Shown in pieces: positions 1 to 13,199 of a DNA stretch of 64,000 nt. The stretch spans positions 68,285,767-68,349,766 of the forward strand of contig NC_133617.1 in NCBI RefSeq assembly GCF_048593235.1, in the 5' to 3' direction. Source of the DNA: Sminthopsis crassicaudata (lineage: Eukaryota). Both the position numbers and the translations under genes were made by a program. Under the pieces are notes generated by a model. It saw only the letters and a list, made by a program, of their open reading frames with translations, was not told where the DNA came from and did no database searches. Each line of letters opens with the position of its first letter. The stretch's first letter is position 1.

Positions 1-189
1 GAAGTGTGTAAGCTAAAAAAAAAAAAAAATCTCTTTGCAGAAATTGAGAGTACTACAATATTGGTTGTTTCCCAGAAGTCATTAATTTTTATTAAGGGCA
101 ATATAATAAACTGGTTTCCCTCCAAAATGATGATTTTTTCAATATTCAATTAATTTGAAGATGGTTACAGATAATATTTTAGAATTCTC

Positions 190-1000
190 AATTATTAATC
201 TAAATCTGTCTACTATGCGCCAAGCAAAGTGCTAAATACTGGGGATACAATGAAAGGCAAAAGGCAGTCTGTGTCCTTGAGGAACTTACACGGTAATAAG
301 GGAAGACAACACATAAAAAAGAAGCTGAGTCAGGGCATAAATAAGTCCTACAATGGATGGGAAATGATCCTGACATGAGGAAGAATGAGGGGTTCAAGGT
401 AACAATAAGTTGTAAACTTGGGTGCCCAGAAGGATTGAGGTACCCCCAAAAGAAATAAGTCACTTCAAAGAGTGAAAAAGACAATTATTTTATTTGGGGC
501 ATTTTGAGTTTGAGATGTCCATGGGATAGCCAGCTTAAAATTTCTAATGGGCATTTGGTGAGGCAAGATAAAGCTCAGGAGAGGGCTACATATGGAGATC
601 TGGGAATCATTTGCAAAGATTTAAACCTATGGGAGCTAAGGAGGTCACCAAAAGAGAGGGTCTCAACCAGAACCTTGAGATATATCCATTACTAGGGGCA
701 GAAATATGGCAGATGACCCAGAAAAGGAGACTGAAGAGTGAGTAGTCAGACCAGGAGGAGAAGAACCAACAGAAAACATCATGGAACTCTGGAGAAGAGA
801 GCGACTACCCAGGAGCAAAGAAACAGCACCAAGGTGACCAAGAGACACAGAACGATGAGGATGGAGAAAGGGCCATCAGATCTGCCCACTAAAAGACCAT
901 TGGTAACTTTGGGAGAGCAGTTTCAGTTGAAGAATGAGATTCCAAAAGGTAGAAGAGTAAGACAAGTGGAAGAAATGAGAGCAGGTAACTTTTTCTAGAT
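190..1000 (-). mobile_element. Degenerate L2 LINE 3' fragments
   Basis: L2-like 3' terminus (tactatgcgccaagcaaagtgcta...) and typical L2 body (gagtttgagatgtcc, gtaactttgggagagcagtttcag). Recognised by eye; boundaries approximate. Confidence 0.55.
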
Positions 1001-1039
1001 GAAGGATGGAGATAGGATTATAAATAGCCCATAACTACA

Positions 1040-4000
1040 TAAATCTAAACATAAAATAAATAATAAGGAAGTTAAGGACATGAATAGAAATTAAGAAAAG
1101 TTAGATATGATAGAATTCTGGAGAAAATGGAATGTAAAGAAAGAAATATACCTTTTTATGTGCTGTACATGGCATCTTCACAAAAATTAACCAGGTATTG
1201 GGGAATAAAAACCTCACCAAAAAATGCAGAAAATCAGAAATAGCTTGAGATCATGGTAGGATTTTTTTTAAGATAAGGAAGATGTGGAAATAAATGTGGT
1301 AAAGTATGGGCAGCAACTCTGCTGAATTCTCCCAACATTCCCCTCCAAATCACTTTAAAATCAATCTTCAATTCAAATTCTGGAGTGAGAGTCCACAAAA
1401 AATGCCAGAGACTTTTTTCCAGCCCAAGATAACTTAGGAGGATGTCAAGAGGTGTCACAGAGACACCAGAGTCAGAGCATGTACAGCAGCAGCAGCTTCA
1501 GGAGCTCTCAGCCCAGAGAAGGCAAAGGGCTTGGAGCCCTGGCCAGAAAGAGATCACGGCGGACCCTTTGCTGGCTGGGGTGCCTATCGCTTATATACAA
1601 TTCCAGGGTAAAGAAGACCCCCAGTATTTCTGGGGCCCAAGTCACAGTTCCGGAGCCAAGAGGGGTGCTAGAAGTTGTGGCTGCAGGGGTCTCTACATGA
1701 AAAGGACCAGAGGCCGGCCAGGAGGCAGTGACCACACCTCTCCTAGGATCGTATCACTTTGGAAGCACTAAAAACCTACAGATCCCAAGAACTAGTGCTA
1801 AAAACAGCAGGATGGAAAAACTGAAGCTGGGAAGTATTCTTTCCATGTCAGGAGCAAAGTTCAACTTTAATGTAAATTAAAAGTCAAGAAATAGGCTGGG
1901 AAAATAAGCAAAGAACCAGGCCAAAGGACCTGATCATAAAAACCTATTTTGGTGACAGGGAAGAATAAGACAGCTGTAGCAGAAATCTATTATGCTTCAG
2001 GACAAATTAAAAAAAAAAAAAAAAAAAAGCAGATATGGCAATCTTGATCATAGACAAAGCACAAGCATAAATATATCTAAAAGAGATACATAGAGTGGGA
2101 CAAGGTGAATTATAGAAGGATGTGCAAAATTATGGTAGTGGGATATAATGAGAAAGGGATAAAAAGAGAAAAGGTGGGTGTTTAGATTAATGGGAATAGA
2201 ATAAGGTCTGTAGATCTATGGGAATAGGATAAAGAGGGAAGGAAAAAGTGGGAAGAGAAGATGAGAAGAATCCAAGGGTTGGAAGAAGGATAAGTAATAA
2301 CAAGGCAAGTAAAGAAGTAGAATTATAGATATACACCAACACTATAACAAGGATTAGGAGGAGAATTCATTAAGAAAAAAAAAAGTGGGGCTAGTAATCA
2401 TTGATCTCAGACAAAATTATACCAAAAGACTCAATCAAGAGAGAAATTTACATTATACATCAGCCATATTAATAATTTTAGATGCATATCTATAAAAGAG
2501 ACAAGAAGGGATACTACATTTTGCTAAAAGTACCACAGACAATGAAGTAATATTAATACTAAACATATATGCATTAAATAGCATAGTATCCAAAGTTTTA
2601 AAGGAAAAGTTAAATGAGTTACTAAAGAGAAAAACCATACTAATGGAGAAACCTCAACTTTCCCTTCCCATAGGTACGTAAATATAACTGTAAAATAAAA
2701 ATAAGGAAGTTAAGGAGATGAATAGAAATTGAGAAAAGTTAGATATGATAGAACTCTGGAGAAAACAGAACAGAAAGAAAGAAGTATATACTTTTTTATC
2801 TGCTGTAGAACATAAAAAGCTCACCAAAAAAAGGCAGAAAATCAGAAATATTACATGCTGCCTTTCTAGACCATGGTCCAATTTACATTCAGTAAATGGC
2901 CATGGAAACTTAGTTTAAAAATTATTTAGAAACTAAATAATAAAATCCTTAAAAAATGAATAGGTCAAAGAACAAATCATAGAAACAATAAACAATTTCA
3001 TTAAAGAGAATTACAACAATGAGATAACATATAAAAATTTACTGGAAATCACCAAAGCAGCACTTAGAAGAAAAATTTATATCTTCAAATATCTAAATCA
3101 ATAAAAGAGAGAAAGAGCATATCAATGAATTGTGCATGCAACTCAACAAACTAGAAAAAGAATAGGTTAAACATCAAATTAGAAATCCTGAAAATCAAAG
3201 AAGAAATTAACAAAATTGAAAGAAAAAAAAAAAAAAAACCATTAGGAGTAACTAGGTGGAACAGTGGATACAGCACCAGTCCTGAAGTCAGGAGGATTTG
3301 AGTTCAAATTTGATCTCAGACACTTAATACTTCCTAACTGAATGACCATGGGCAAGTCACTTAATGCAAATTTGCCTCAGCAACAACAACAACAAAGTAA
3401 AATTATTTTTTTAAAACCAGTAAAACCAGTTATTTTTTTAAACCAGTAAAATAGATAAACCATTGGCTAATTTAATTTTTTAAAAAGGAAAGAAGAAAAT
3501 TTACCAGTTTCATATTACCAGTAACAAAAATGAAAAGAATAAATGTGCCACCAATAAAGTCATAAAATTAAAGCAATTACTAAAAGATATTTTCCCAATA
3601 ATATGCCAATAAATCTTACTGTAAATGAAATGGATGAGTATAAAATATATAAGGTGCCAAAATAAAGAGAAGAATAAATAAAATAAATAACCCCCTTCTT
3701 AGAAAAAGAAATTAAATAAGCTATCAATGAGCTTCTTAAGAAAAAAATCCCCAGGACCAGAGGGATTCCTAAGTGAATTTTATTATACCTTTTGAAAACA
3801 GAAGCAAAGGTGAATTCCTACCAAATTTCTTTTACATAAACATGGTGCTTATACCTAAACTAGGGAGTATAAAAAGAGAGAAGCAAAACTATAGACCAAT
3901 TTCCCAATGAACATTTATGAACAATGATATGATAATATATTATAAAAATCATATGCTACAAGTGGGTGGGATTTCTACTAGGAATGCAGGATTTGTTCAA

Positions 4001-5397
4001 TATTAGGAAAACTAGCTGCATAATTTACCACATCAAAAACAAATAACAATCATGTTTATCTCAATAGATACAGAAAAAGCTTTTGACAAAAATGCAATAC
4101 TCATTCCTATTTTTAAAAAAATACTAAAAAGCAAAGGAATAAATAGAGTTTTCCTTAAAATAATAAGTGGTATCTATGTAAAATTACCTGTTGAAACAAG
4201 GGTTGAAACAAGAATGTCCACTATCTCTACTGTTATTCAACAGTGCACTAAAATGCTTGCTATAGCAATGAGAGAAGATAAAGAAATTGAAGGTATTAGA
4301 ATAAGGAAGCAAAACTATCACCTTTTTGCAGATAATATGATGGTATACTTAGAGCATTTTAGAGTCAACTAAAAACTAGGTGAATTAATGAACAACTTTA
4401 GAAAAGTTTCAGGATATAAAATAAAGCCATCAAATCATTAGCATTTCTATATAATACCAACAAAGTCCAAAAGGAAAAGATAGAAAGAGAAATAAAACAA
4501 AATAAAGTATTTGGGAATTTACCTATCAAGACAAACCTAAGAACTGTATGTACTCAATAAAAAAATACACAAATAATGATAGATCTAAACAAATAAAAAC
4601 CAATTGCTCATGGGCAAACTCAATCAATATAATACAAATGATAATTCTACCTAAATTCATTTACTTTTTCAGTGCCAAACTACCAAAAATTATTTTATTG
4701 AGCTAGAAAAAAAGTTAAATTCATCTGGAAAACCAAAAAATAATATCAAAGGAGTCAATTAAAAAAAAAAAACGTAAAAGAAAGTGGCTTAGCAATGCCA
4801 GATCTCAAACTGTATTACAAAGTGGTAATCATTAAAACAACCTGGCACTAGCTAAAATATAGAGTAGTAGAAAATAAAGAATAGTAGAACAGATTACCTA
4901 CACAAGACCATATTAAACGACTATAGTCATTTAGTGTTAGATTAATACAAAAATCCAAGGTTTGGGGGCAAGAATTCAGTATTTGACAAAAAACTACTGG
5001 AAAAACTGGAAAACAGGTTGGTAGAAACTTGATATAGATTAACATCTCACACCCTTATACCAAGGTCAGAATGGGTACATGATTTAGACAAAAAGGGTGA
5101 TACCATAAGCAAATGAATAGCATGGAAAATGTCAGAGCTATGGATAAGGGAAAAATTTATGGCCAAACAAAAGATAGAGAATAGGAAGTAAAATAAATAA
5201 TTTTTCATTACATTAATTTAAGTCACATTTATGTATGTACAAATAAATCCAATATAGTCAAGATTAGAAGGAAAGCAGAAAACTGGGAAGAAAATTTTAG
5301 AGAAAGTTTCTCTGATAAAGGCCTCATTTCTCAAACATATATAATTATAAAAAACATAATCAAACATAGAGAAAACTGAATCAATTTGTAAGATTGT
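1040..5397 (+). mobile_element. Old, decayed L1 (5' region and ORF2 endonuclease/RT fragments); resumes at ~7468-8030 after a younger insertion
   Basis: ORF 4052-4372 (ISIDTEKAFDK...LFADNMMVYLE) is L1 RT; A-rich; many stops. The sequence is collinear across the 5398/7451 TSD. Confidence 0.85.
3245..3390 (+). mobile_element. WSINE1-type CORE-SINE inserted in old L1
   Basis: ctaggtgg..cagtggata..gagttcaaat..gggcaagtcacttaa; (CAA)n tail. Confidence 0.8.
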
Positions 5398-5412
5398 GAA
5401 TCATTACCCAAG

Positions 5413-7450
5413 TTTTTTTTTTCCTCTTTTTCTTTCTTATTTATTTATTTATTTAGTTTTATTTACTTTTTATTTTATTTTATAATTATAGCTTTTTTTT
5501 TTGACAGTACATATGCCTGGGTAATTTTTTACAACATTATCCCTTGCACTTAATTCTGTTCAGATTTTTTCCCTTCCTCCCCCAACCCCCTCCCCCAGAT
5601 GGCAGGCAGTCTTATACATGTTAAATATATTACAATATATTCTAGATACAATATATGTGTATAGAACCGAATTTCTTGTTGCACAGGAAGAATTGGATTC
5701 AGAAGGTAAAAATAACAGTTTACACTCATTTCCCAGTGTTCCTTTTCTGGATGTAGCTGATTCTGTCCATCATTAATCAATTGGAATTGGATTAGCTCTT
5801 CTCTATGTTGAAGATATCCACTTCCATCAGAATACATCTTCATACAGTATCATTGTTGAAGTGTATAATGATCTTCTGGTTCTGCTTGTTTCACTTAGCA
5901 TCAGTTGATGTAAGTCTCTCCAAGCCTCTCTGTATTTCTCCTGTTGGTCATTTCTTACAGAACAATAATATTCCATAACATTCATATACCATAATTTACC
6001 CAACCATTCTCCAATTGATGGACATCTATTCATCTTCCAGCTTCTAGTCACTATGAAAAGGGCTGCCACAAACATTTTGGCACATACAGGTTCCTTTCCC
6101 TTCTTTAGTATTTCCTTGGGATATAAGCCCAGTAATAGTATGGCTGGGTCAAAGGGTATGCACATTTTGATAACTTTTGGGGCATAATTCCAGATTGCTC
6201 TCCAGAATGGTTGGATTCTTTCACAACTCCACCAACAATGCATCAGTGTCCCAGTTTTCCCACATCCCCTCCAACATTCATCGTTATTTGTTCCTGTCAT
6301 CTTAGCCAATCTGACAGGTGTGTAGTGATATCTCAGTCTTAATTTGCATTTCTCTGATCAATAGTGATTTGGAACACTCTTTCATATGAGTGGAAATAGT
6401 TTCAATTTCATCATCTGAAAATTGTCTGTTCATATCCTTTGACCATTTATCAATTGGAGAATGGCTTGATTTCTTATAAATTAAAGTCAATTCTCTGTAT
6501 ATTTTGGAGATGAGGCCTTTATCAGAACCTTTAACTGTAAAAATGTTTTCCCAATTTGTTACTTCCCTTCTAATCTTGTTTGCATTAGTTTTGCTTGTGC
6601 AGAAACTTTTTAATTTGATGTAATCAAAATTTTCTATTTTGTGATCAATAATGGTCTCTAGTTCTCCCTTGGACACAAACTCCTTCCTCCTCCACAAGTC
6701 TGAGAGGTAAACCATCCCATGTTCCTGCAATTTATTTATGATTTCATTCTTTATGCCTAAATCTTGGACACATTTTGATCTAATCTTAGTATGTGGTGTT
6801 AAATGTGGGTCCATGCCTAGTTTCTGCCATACTAATTTCCAGTTTTCCCAGCAGTTTTTGTCAAATAATGAATTCTTATCCCAAAATTTGGGATCTTTGG
6901 GTTTGTCAAACACTAGATTGCTATTTTTATTCACTATCTTGCCCTGTGAACCTAACCTATGCCACTGATCAACTAGTCTATTTCTTAGCCAATACAAAAA
7001 TGGTTTTGATGACTGTTGCTTTATAATACAGTTCTAGATCAGGTACAGCTAGACCACCTTCACTTAATTTTTTTTTTCATTACTTCCCTTGAAATTCTCG
7101 ACCTTTTGTTGTTCCATATGAATTCTGTTGTTATTTTTTCTAGGTTATTAAAATAGTTTCTTGGAAGTCTGATTGGTATAGCACTAAGTAAATAGATTAG
7201 TTTAGGGAGTATTGTCATCTTAATTATATTCCCTTGGCCTATCCAAGAGCACTGAATGTCTTTCCAATGATTTAAATCTGACTTTATTTTTGTGGCAAGT
7301 GTTTTGTAATTTTGCTCATATAATTCCTGACTCTCCTTTGGTAGATATATTCCCAAATATTTTATACTATTGACCGTTATTTTGAATGGAATTTCTCTTT
7401 GTATCTCTTGCTGTTGGATTGTGTTGGTAATGTATAAAAATGCTGAGGAT
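5413..7450 (-). mobile_element. Young 5'-truncated L1 (ORF2 C-terminus, 3' UTR, poly-A) with 15-17 bp TSD GAATCATTACCCAAG(TT)
   Basis: ORFs 7060-7479, 6302-6997 and 5827-6309 encode L1 ORF2 (YLGI, KMTILPKLIY, CWRGCGKTGTLMHCWWSC). TSD at 5398-5412 and 7451-7465. Confidence 0.95.
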
Positions 7451-8292
7451 GAATCATTACCCAAGTTATAAATGATCAAAAGATCTGAGCAGGCAGTTTT
7501 CAGATAAAGAAATAAAAACTATCAACAGTCACATTAAAAAGCCTCCAAATCACTATTGGTTAGAGAAATACAAATGAAAACAATTCAGAGTTGTATCTCA
7601 CATATGTCAGCTTGACTAACATAACAGAAAAGGAAAATGACAAATGTTGGAAGGGACATGGAAAAATTGGGACACTAATGCACAGTTGGTGGAGTTTTGA
7701 ATTGATTTAATCATTCTGGAGAGCAATTTGGAACTATGCCCAAAGGACTGTAAACTCTGCATACTTAGCATGGTAATTTCACTTCTAGGTCTGTTTTCCA
7801 AAGAAAACAATGGCAAAAAATTAGAAATTGAGGGAAAGCTCATCAATTAGTGAATGGCTCAACAACTTGTATTATACGATTGGAATGAATATTATTGTGA
7901 TTTAGAAATGACAAGAAAAGCCTGGGAAGATTCCTTTAAATTGACAGTAATCATTATTCAAGACAAGTCCAAAGAATTTATGATGAAAAATGATAGCCAT
8001 CTCCAGAGAAAGAACTAATGAAATTTATATGCAAATTGAAGTTTTTTTTTTTTTTTAAACTTTCTTTCTTTCTCCTTTTTTTCCTCTGGTAAATTATTAT
8101 TATTTATTTTGATTTATTTATTATATTATATATTATCATTAATCATGGTTAATATGAAAATGTTTTACATGATTTCACATGTAAAAGTGATAATGACATT
8201 TCTTGCCACCTTAATAGGTGAAGGAAGGATGGGAGGTAGAGAATTTGGAACCCCCAATTCTTAAAAAGTAAATGTTTAAAAAAAAAAATATA

Positions 8293-8365
8293 GGGGCAGC
8301 TAGGTGGTGCAGTGGATAGAGCACCAGCCTTGAATTCAGGAAGACCAGAGTTCAAATCTGGTCTC
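8293..8365 (+). mobile_element. Young WSINE1-type SINE head, cut by assembly gap
   Basis: ggggcagctaggtggtgcagtggatagagcaccagccttgaattcagg. Confidence 0.85.
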
Positions 8366-9014
8366 NNNNNNNNNNNNNNNNNNNNNNNNNNNNNNNNNNN
8401 NNNNNNNNNNNNNNNNNNNNNNNNNNNNNNNNNNNNNNNNNNNNNNNNNNNNNNNNNNNNNNNNNNNNNNNNNNNNNNNNNNNNNNNNNNNNNNNNNNNN
8501 NNNNNNNNNNNNNNNNNNNNNNNNNNGTAAGGAAAAGGTCGAGATAGGATGAGATTAAAAAGTAGAGGGACAGGGATTGTGGGAATAATTTCTTATAAAG
8601 AGACTAGAAAGAATGGGATCATGAATAAAAGTAGTGGAGTTGATCTTTGTGAGGTTAAAGTCCATTTCTTTATCAAAGACTGGAGTAAAACAGAAAAGAG
8701 TAGGGATAATACCAAAGGAGTCTGACATACAAAAAAAAATTAGGAATGAGTGGTTTTTAGCTGAGAGAGTAGAAAAAGTAGGTAGTGGTTTGGGAGACTT
8801 GAGAAGGAAAGAGCCAAAATAGCCCTTGTGATATAGCTTGTGATAGAGAATCAATTAGGAAGTGGTAAAAGAATTGTGTTGCTAAACTAATGGTCCAGTT
8901 TATATTAGAAAGCACAACTTCTAATTCAGTGGTCTGTATGGTTGAGTAATTTCTTCTTTGAGTGATTTAATTAAATTAAACAAATATATTTGATTAATAG
9001 CAATCAATAAACAA

Positions 9015-10014
9015 GGTCAAAGGATATGAACAGACAATTTTCAGATGATAAAATTGAAACTATATCCACTCATATGAAAGAGGGTTCCAAATCACTACTG
9101 ATCAGAGATGCAAATTAAGACAACTCTGAGATACCACTACACACCTGTCAGATTGGCTAAGATGATAGGAACAAAAAATGATGAATGTTGGAGGGGATGT
9201 GGGAAAACTGGGACACTAATGCATTGTTGGTGGAGTTGTGAAAGAATCCAACCATTCTGGAGAGCAATATGGAACTATGCCCAAAAAGTTATAAAATTGT
9301 GCATATCCTTTGATCCAGCATTGCTGCTATTGGGCTTATATCCCAAAGAAATACTAAAGAAGGGAAAGGAACCTGTATGTGCCAAAATGTTTGTGGCAGC
9401 CCTCTTTGTAGTGGCTAGAAACTGGAAAGTGAATGAATGCTCATCAATTGGAGAATGGTTGGGTAAATTATGATACATAAATGTTATGGAATATTATTGC
9501 TCTGTAAGAAATGACCAGCAGGATGGATACAGAGAGGCTTGGAGAGACTTACATCAAGCGATGCTGAGTGAAATGAATAGAACCAGAAGTTAGCTGTACA
9601 CTTCAATGTTGTATGAAGATGTATTCTGATGGAAGTGGATATCTTCAACATAAAGAAGGTCCAATTCACTTCCAATTGATCAATGATGGACAGAAACAAC
9701 TACACCTAGAGAAGGAATACTGGGAAGTGAATGTAAATTGTTTGCACTATTGTCTTTCTACCTAGGTTACTTATACCTTCGGAATCCAATTCTTACTGTG
9801 CAACAAGAAATTTGGTTTTACAAACATATATTGTATCTAGGGTATACTGTAACACATTTATTATGTATGGGATTGCCTGTCATCAAGGGGAGGGAGTAGA
9901 GGGAGGGAGGATAAGATTTGGATAAGTGAATACAGGGGATAATGTTGTAAAAAAAATAAATTACCCATGTATATGTACTGTCAAAAAAATATAATTATAA
10001 AATTAATTTTAAAA
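9015..10014 (+). mobile_element. Young 5'-truncated L1 3' end with 13-bp TSD AATCAATAAACAA
   Basis: ORF 9108-9473 is the ORF2 Cys-rich C-terminus; same 3' UTR as the 5.4-7.4 kb copy. TSD at 9002-9014 and 10015-10027. Confidence 0.92.
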
Positions 10015-10854
10015 AATCAATAAACAATTGGTTATAGTCCCTAAAAAAAAGAGACAAAAGGTAGGCTCTGTCCTCTAGGAGCTTACAATCAAACGGGATA
10101 GATAAATATATACAGAACAAAAAATATAAAAGATGAACAGGAAATGACAGATATAAACAGAAATAAATCTATATAGAACAAACGATATAAAAGATGAACA
10201 AGAAATAATAGAAAGAAGCACTAGAATAAAGAGGAGTTAGGAAAGGCTTCCTGTGATTGAAGGGATTTAGTTTGGATTTAAAAGAAACTAGAGAAGTCAA
10301 TGGGCAGAATTAAAGAAAACTGCCAGAGAAAATGCCTGAAGTTGAGATGATTTAGCAGCACTCATAGATATGAGGAAGGTAGATGATAATCAATAAAACA
10401 AGGGAATAAGGGAACTTTAAAGGGTGGTTTAGCATTGCATTAACTAATTATATAGTCAAGATTGAGAATGAGAAAAGTTGAGTGAGAGCAAAGGTGATGG
10501 CTTGGACTGAGGAGGTGGAGGGAGGAGTGTAGCTCTAGGTGAAGCTAAAGAATAGGTTGCGGAGGTGTGAAACTTCAGAAGATGCAATAAGGGAAGATCA
10601 TGATCAGATAAGAATTTCAGAATCCTAGAACTCTGAAGTTGAAGCACTTGTGGGTGCTCCAGAGATCAAGGGTGTGGTTAGGTCTATGTTTAGTCCAGAC
10701 TAATTAAAGAAGTAAAGTAATAGGAACTGAGCTGATTGAAGTCCTGAGGAAGTAGGGGTATGACAGGAAGCATCAACAGTTAAGTAGAAGAAATGAAATA
10801 AAAGAAAGCAAAGACCCAGCTTCTTAATTGTTTGGCTATTCCATCAAAGCAATT

Positions 10855-12640
10855 CTCCTTTTGATTGTTGTTGTGGACCTATTCAGTCATGTCTGACTCT
10901 TCATGACCCTGTAGCCATGGGCCCTTCTGTCCTCCACTAACACTCTGTTGTCATTGCTTCCACTATCTATCGATCTCATCCTCTGCCATCCTCTTCTTTG
11001 CCTTCAATCTTTTCCAGCATCAGAAGCTTTTCTAATGAATCCTATATTCTAATTATGTGGTCAAAGTATTTAAGCATTGCCATGATCTTAGTTTTGTGTT
11101 TGTTTTTTATTACGCTTCAAGACAACTTTTATATTTTTCTCTTTCCCCTTTATCAAGAAATTTCCTATTCTGCACTCTCTGCCACCAGAGTGATATTGTC
11201 TGCATGTCTGAGATTGTGGTTATTTCTCCCAGTATCTTAATTCTGAATTTTGATTTGTCCAGTCTGGCATTACACATGATGTACTTTGCATATAACTTAA
11301 ATAAGGTGACAATGTGCAGTCTTGTCATACTCCTTTCTCAATCTTAATTTGATCGTTCATTTTTGGGTCTAACTATTACTACCCAGACCACACACAGGTT
11401 CCTCAGGAAACAAGTAAAATGATATGATTATTTCCATCTCTCTGAGGACTTTCATGCATTTTGTTGTGGTCCACACAGAACAAAAGTTTTAATGTAGTCA
11501 AAGAGGCAGAAATACATGTTTTTTTCTGGAAATCTTTTGCTTTCTCTATAATCCAGATACTGTTGGCAATTTGGACTTTAGTTCCTCTGCCTCTTCAAAA
11601 TCCATCTTGTTCTTTTGGTAATTCTCAGTTCACATACTGCTGAACCCTAGCTTGTAGAATCTTAAGTATAATCTTGCTAGCATGGAAAATAAACATGATT
11701 ATTTGATAATTTAAACATTCCTTGGCATTGTCCTTTTTTAAGAGTATGATGTAAACTGACCTTTTCCAATTCAATAGCCATAGTTGGGTTTTCCAAAATT
11801 GCTAGCAAATTGAGTGTAGTGCCTTAACTGCATCATCTATGAGGATTTTAAATAGATCAACCAGAATTTTATCACAGGATAACTGATTCTAGATCAATAA
11901 CTACACCATAGAGGTTATCAGTGGTGTTAAGATCTTTTTGGTAGAATTCTCCTACATATTCTTGCTACCTGTTAATCTCTTCTACTTCTGTTAAGTCCCT
12001 ACCATTTTTGTCTTTTATAATATTCATTATTGCATAAACTGTTCTTTGATATCCTACTAATTTTCTTGAAGAAATCACTATCTTTCCTATTTTATTGTTT
12101 TCTTATATTTCTTTGCAATTCTCATTTAAGAAAATCTTATCTCTTCTCGTTATTCTTTGGAATTCTATATTCAATTGGGTGTATCTTTCCCTTTCTCCTT
12201 TTTCTCACTTTTGTTCTTTCCTCAACTATTTGTAAAGCTTCACCAGAGAGTTGTTTTGCTTTCTTTTTCTTTTTCTTTGGAATGTTTCTTGTTTCTTTCT
12301 CCTACACAATATGCTGATGTTCTGTCCATGGTTTTTCAAGTACTTTATCTACCAGATCTAATCTCTAAACATCACTTCTATTTGATGTTCATTAAGGATG
12401 TGCTTTAGGCCATACCTATACTGTCTGATAGTTTCCCCTCTATTCTTTAATTTAAATCTAAATTTTGCAAAAAAGAAATTCATGATCTCAGCCACAATCA
12501 GCTTCAGCTCTTGTTTTAACTGACCATAAAGAACTTATCCACCTTTGGCTGCAAAATATAGAGCAGATGAACTTTGGCCTCTTAGGCATTAGGGGCTGGA
12601 GCACAAGATTTATATTACTGTGATGTTGAATTGTTTGTCT
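10855..12640 (-). mobile_element. BovB-like RTE-clade LINE fragment (3' end plus RT region)
   Basis: ttcagtcatgtctgactc 3' motif; 11460-11900 is the reverse complement of BovB-type RT (ttgttgtggtccacacag...actgaccttttcca...gcatcatct). Recognised from memory; family name needs a search. Confidence 0.75.
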
Positions 12641-13199
12641 TGGATTTGAACAGATATCTTTCTCTTTTGAGATTATAACCCAGTCTTGCTTTTTTACCTT
12701 TTTATTGATTATTCATTTTGACTTTATTTTGCCATATGGTTTAATATTGGTCTATGCCCAATTCCTATCAAACTGTCTTCCATTTTTTCCCAATAATTTT
12801 TTACCAAATAATGAATTCTTACATATAATATTTTTCCAAATACATGTAAAGATAGTTTTCAACATTCATTTTTGTAAGATTTTGAATTCCAAATTTTTCT
12901 TCCTCTTTCCCTTTGGTGTCCCCTCTCCCTAAGACAGCAAGAAATCTGATATAAGCTATGCGTGTACAATCATTTTTTAAAAAGTGAATAATGTTTTATT
13001 TGTTCAAATTTACATGTAAAGATGGTTTTCAACATTCATTTTGGTTTTTAATTCCAAATTTTTTCTCCCTCCCTCTTTTAGCCTCCCCTCTCCTCAAAAT
13101 AGCCAACAATATGATAGAGGTTATACACTATACAACCTCTAATATGCTAAACATATTTCCATATTAGTCATGTTATTATGGAAGAAAAATCAGAACAAA

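Noticed and set aside
10095-10210. About 60-bp imperfect tandem duplication (CRISPR-like spacing)
   Set aside because: Only two degenerate AT-rich units in an L2 context in a eukaryotic genome; not an array.
10998-11240. ORF starting MPSIF, like the N-terminus of ACER1, the expected upstream neighbour of CLPP
   Set aside because: The match stops after 5 residues and the ORF lies within the antisense strand of an RTE element. No ACER1 exon is visible in 1-32 kb.
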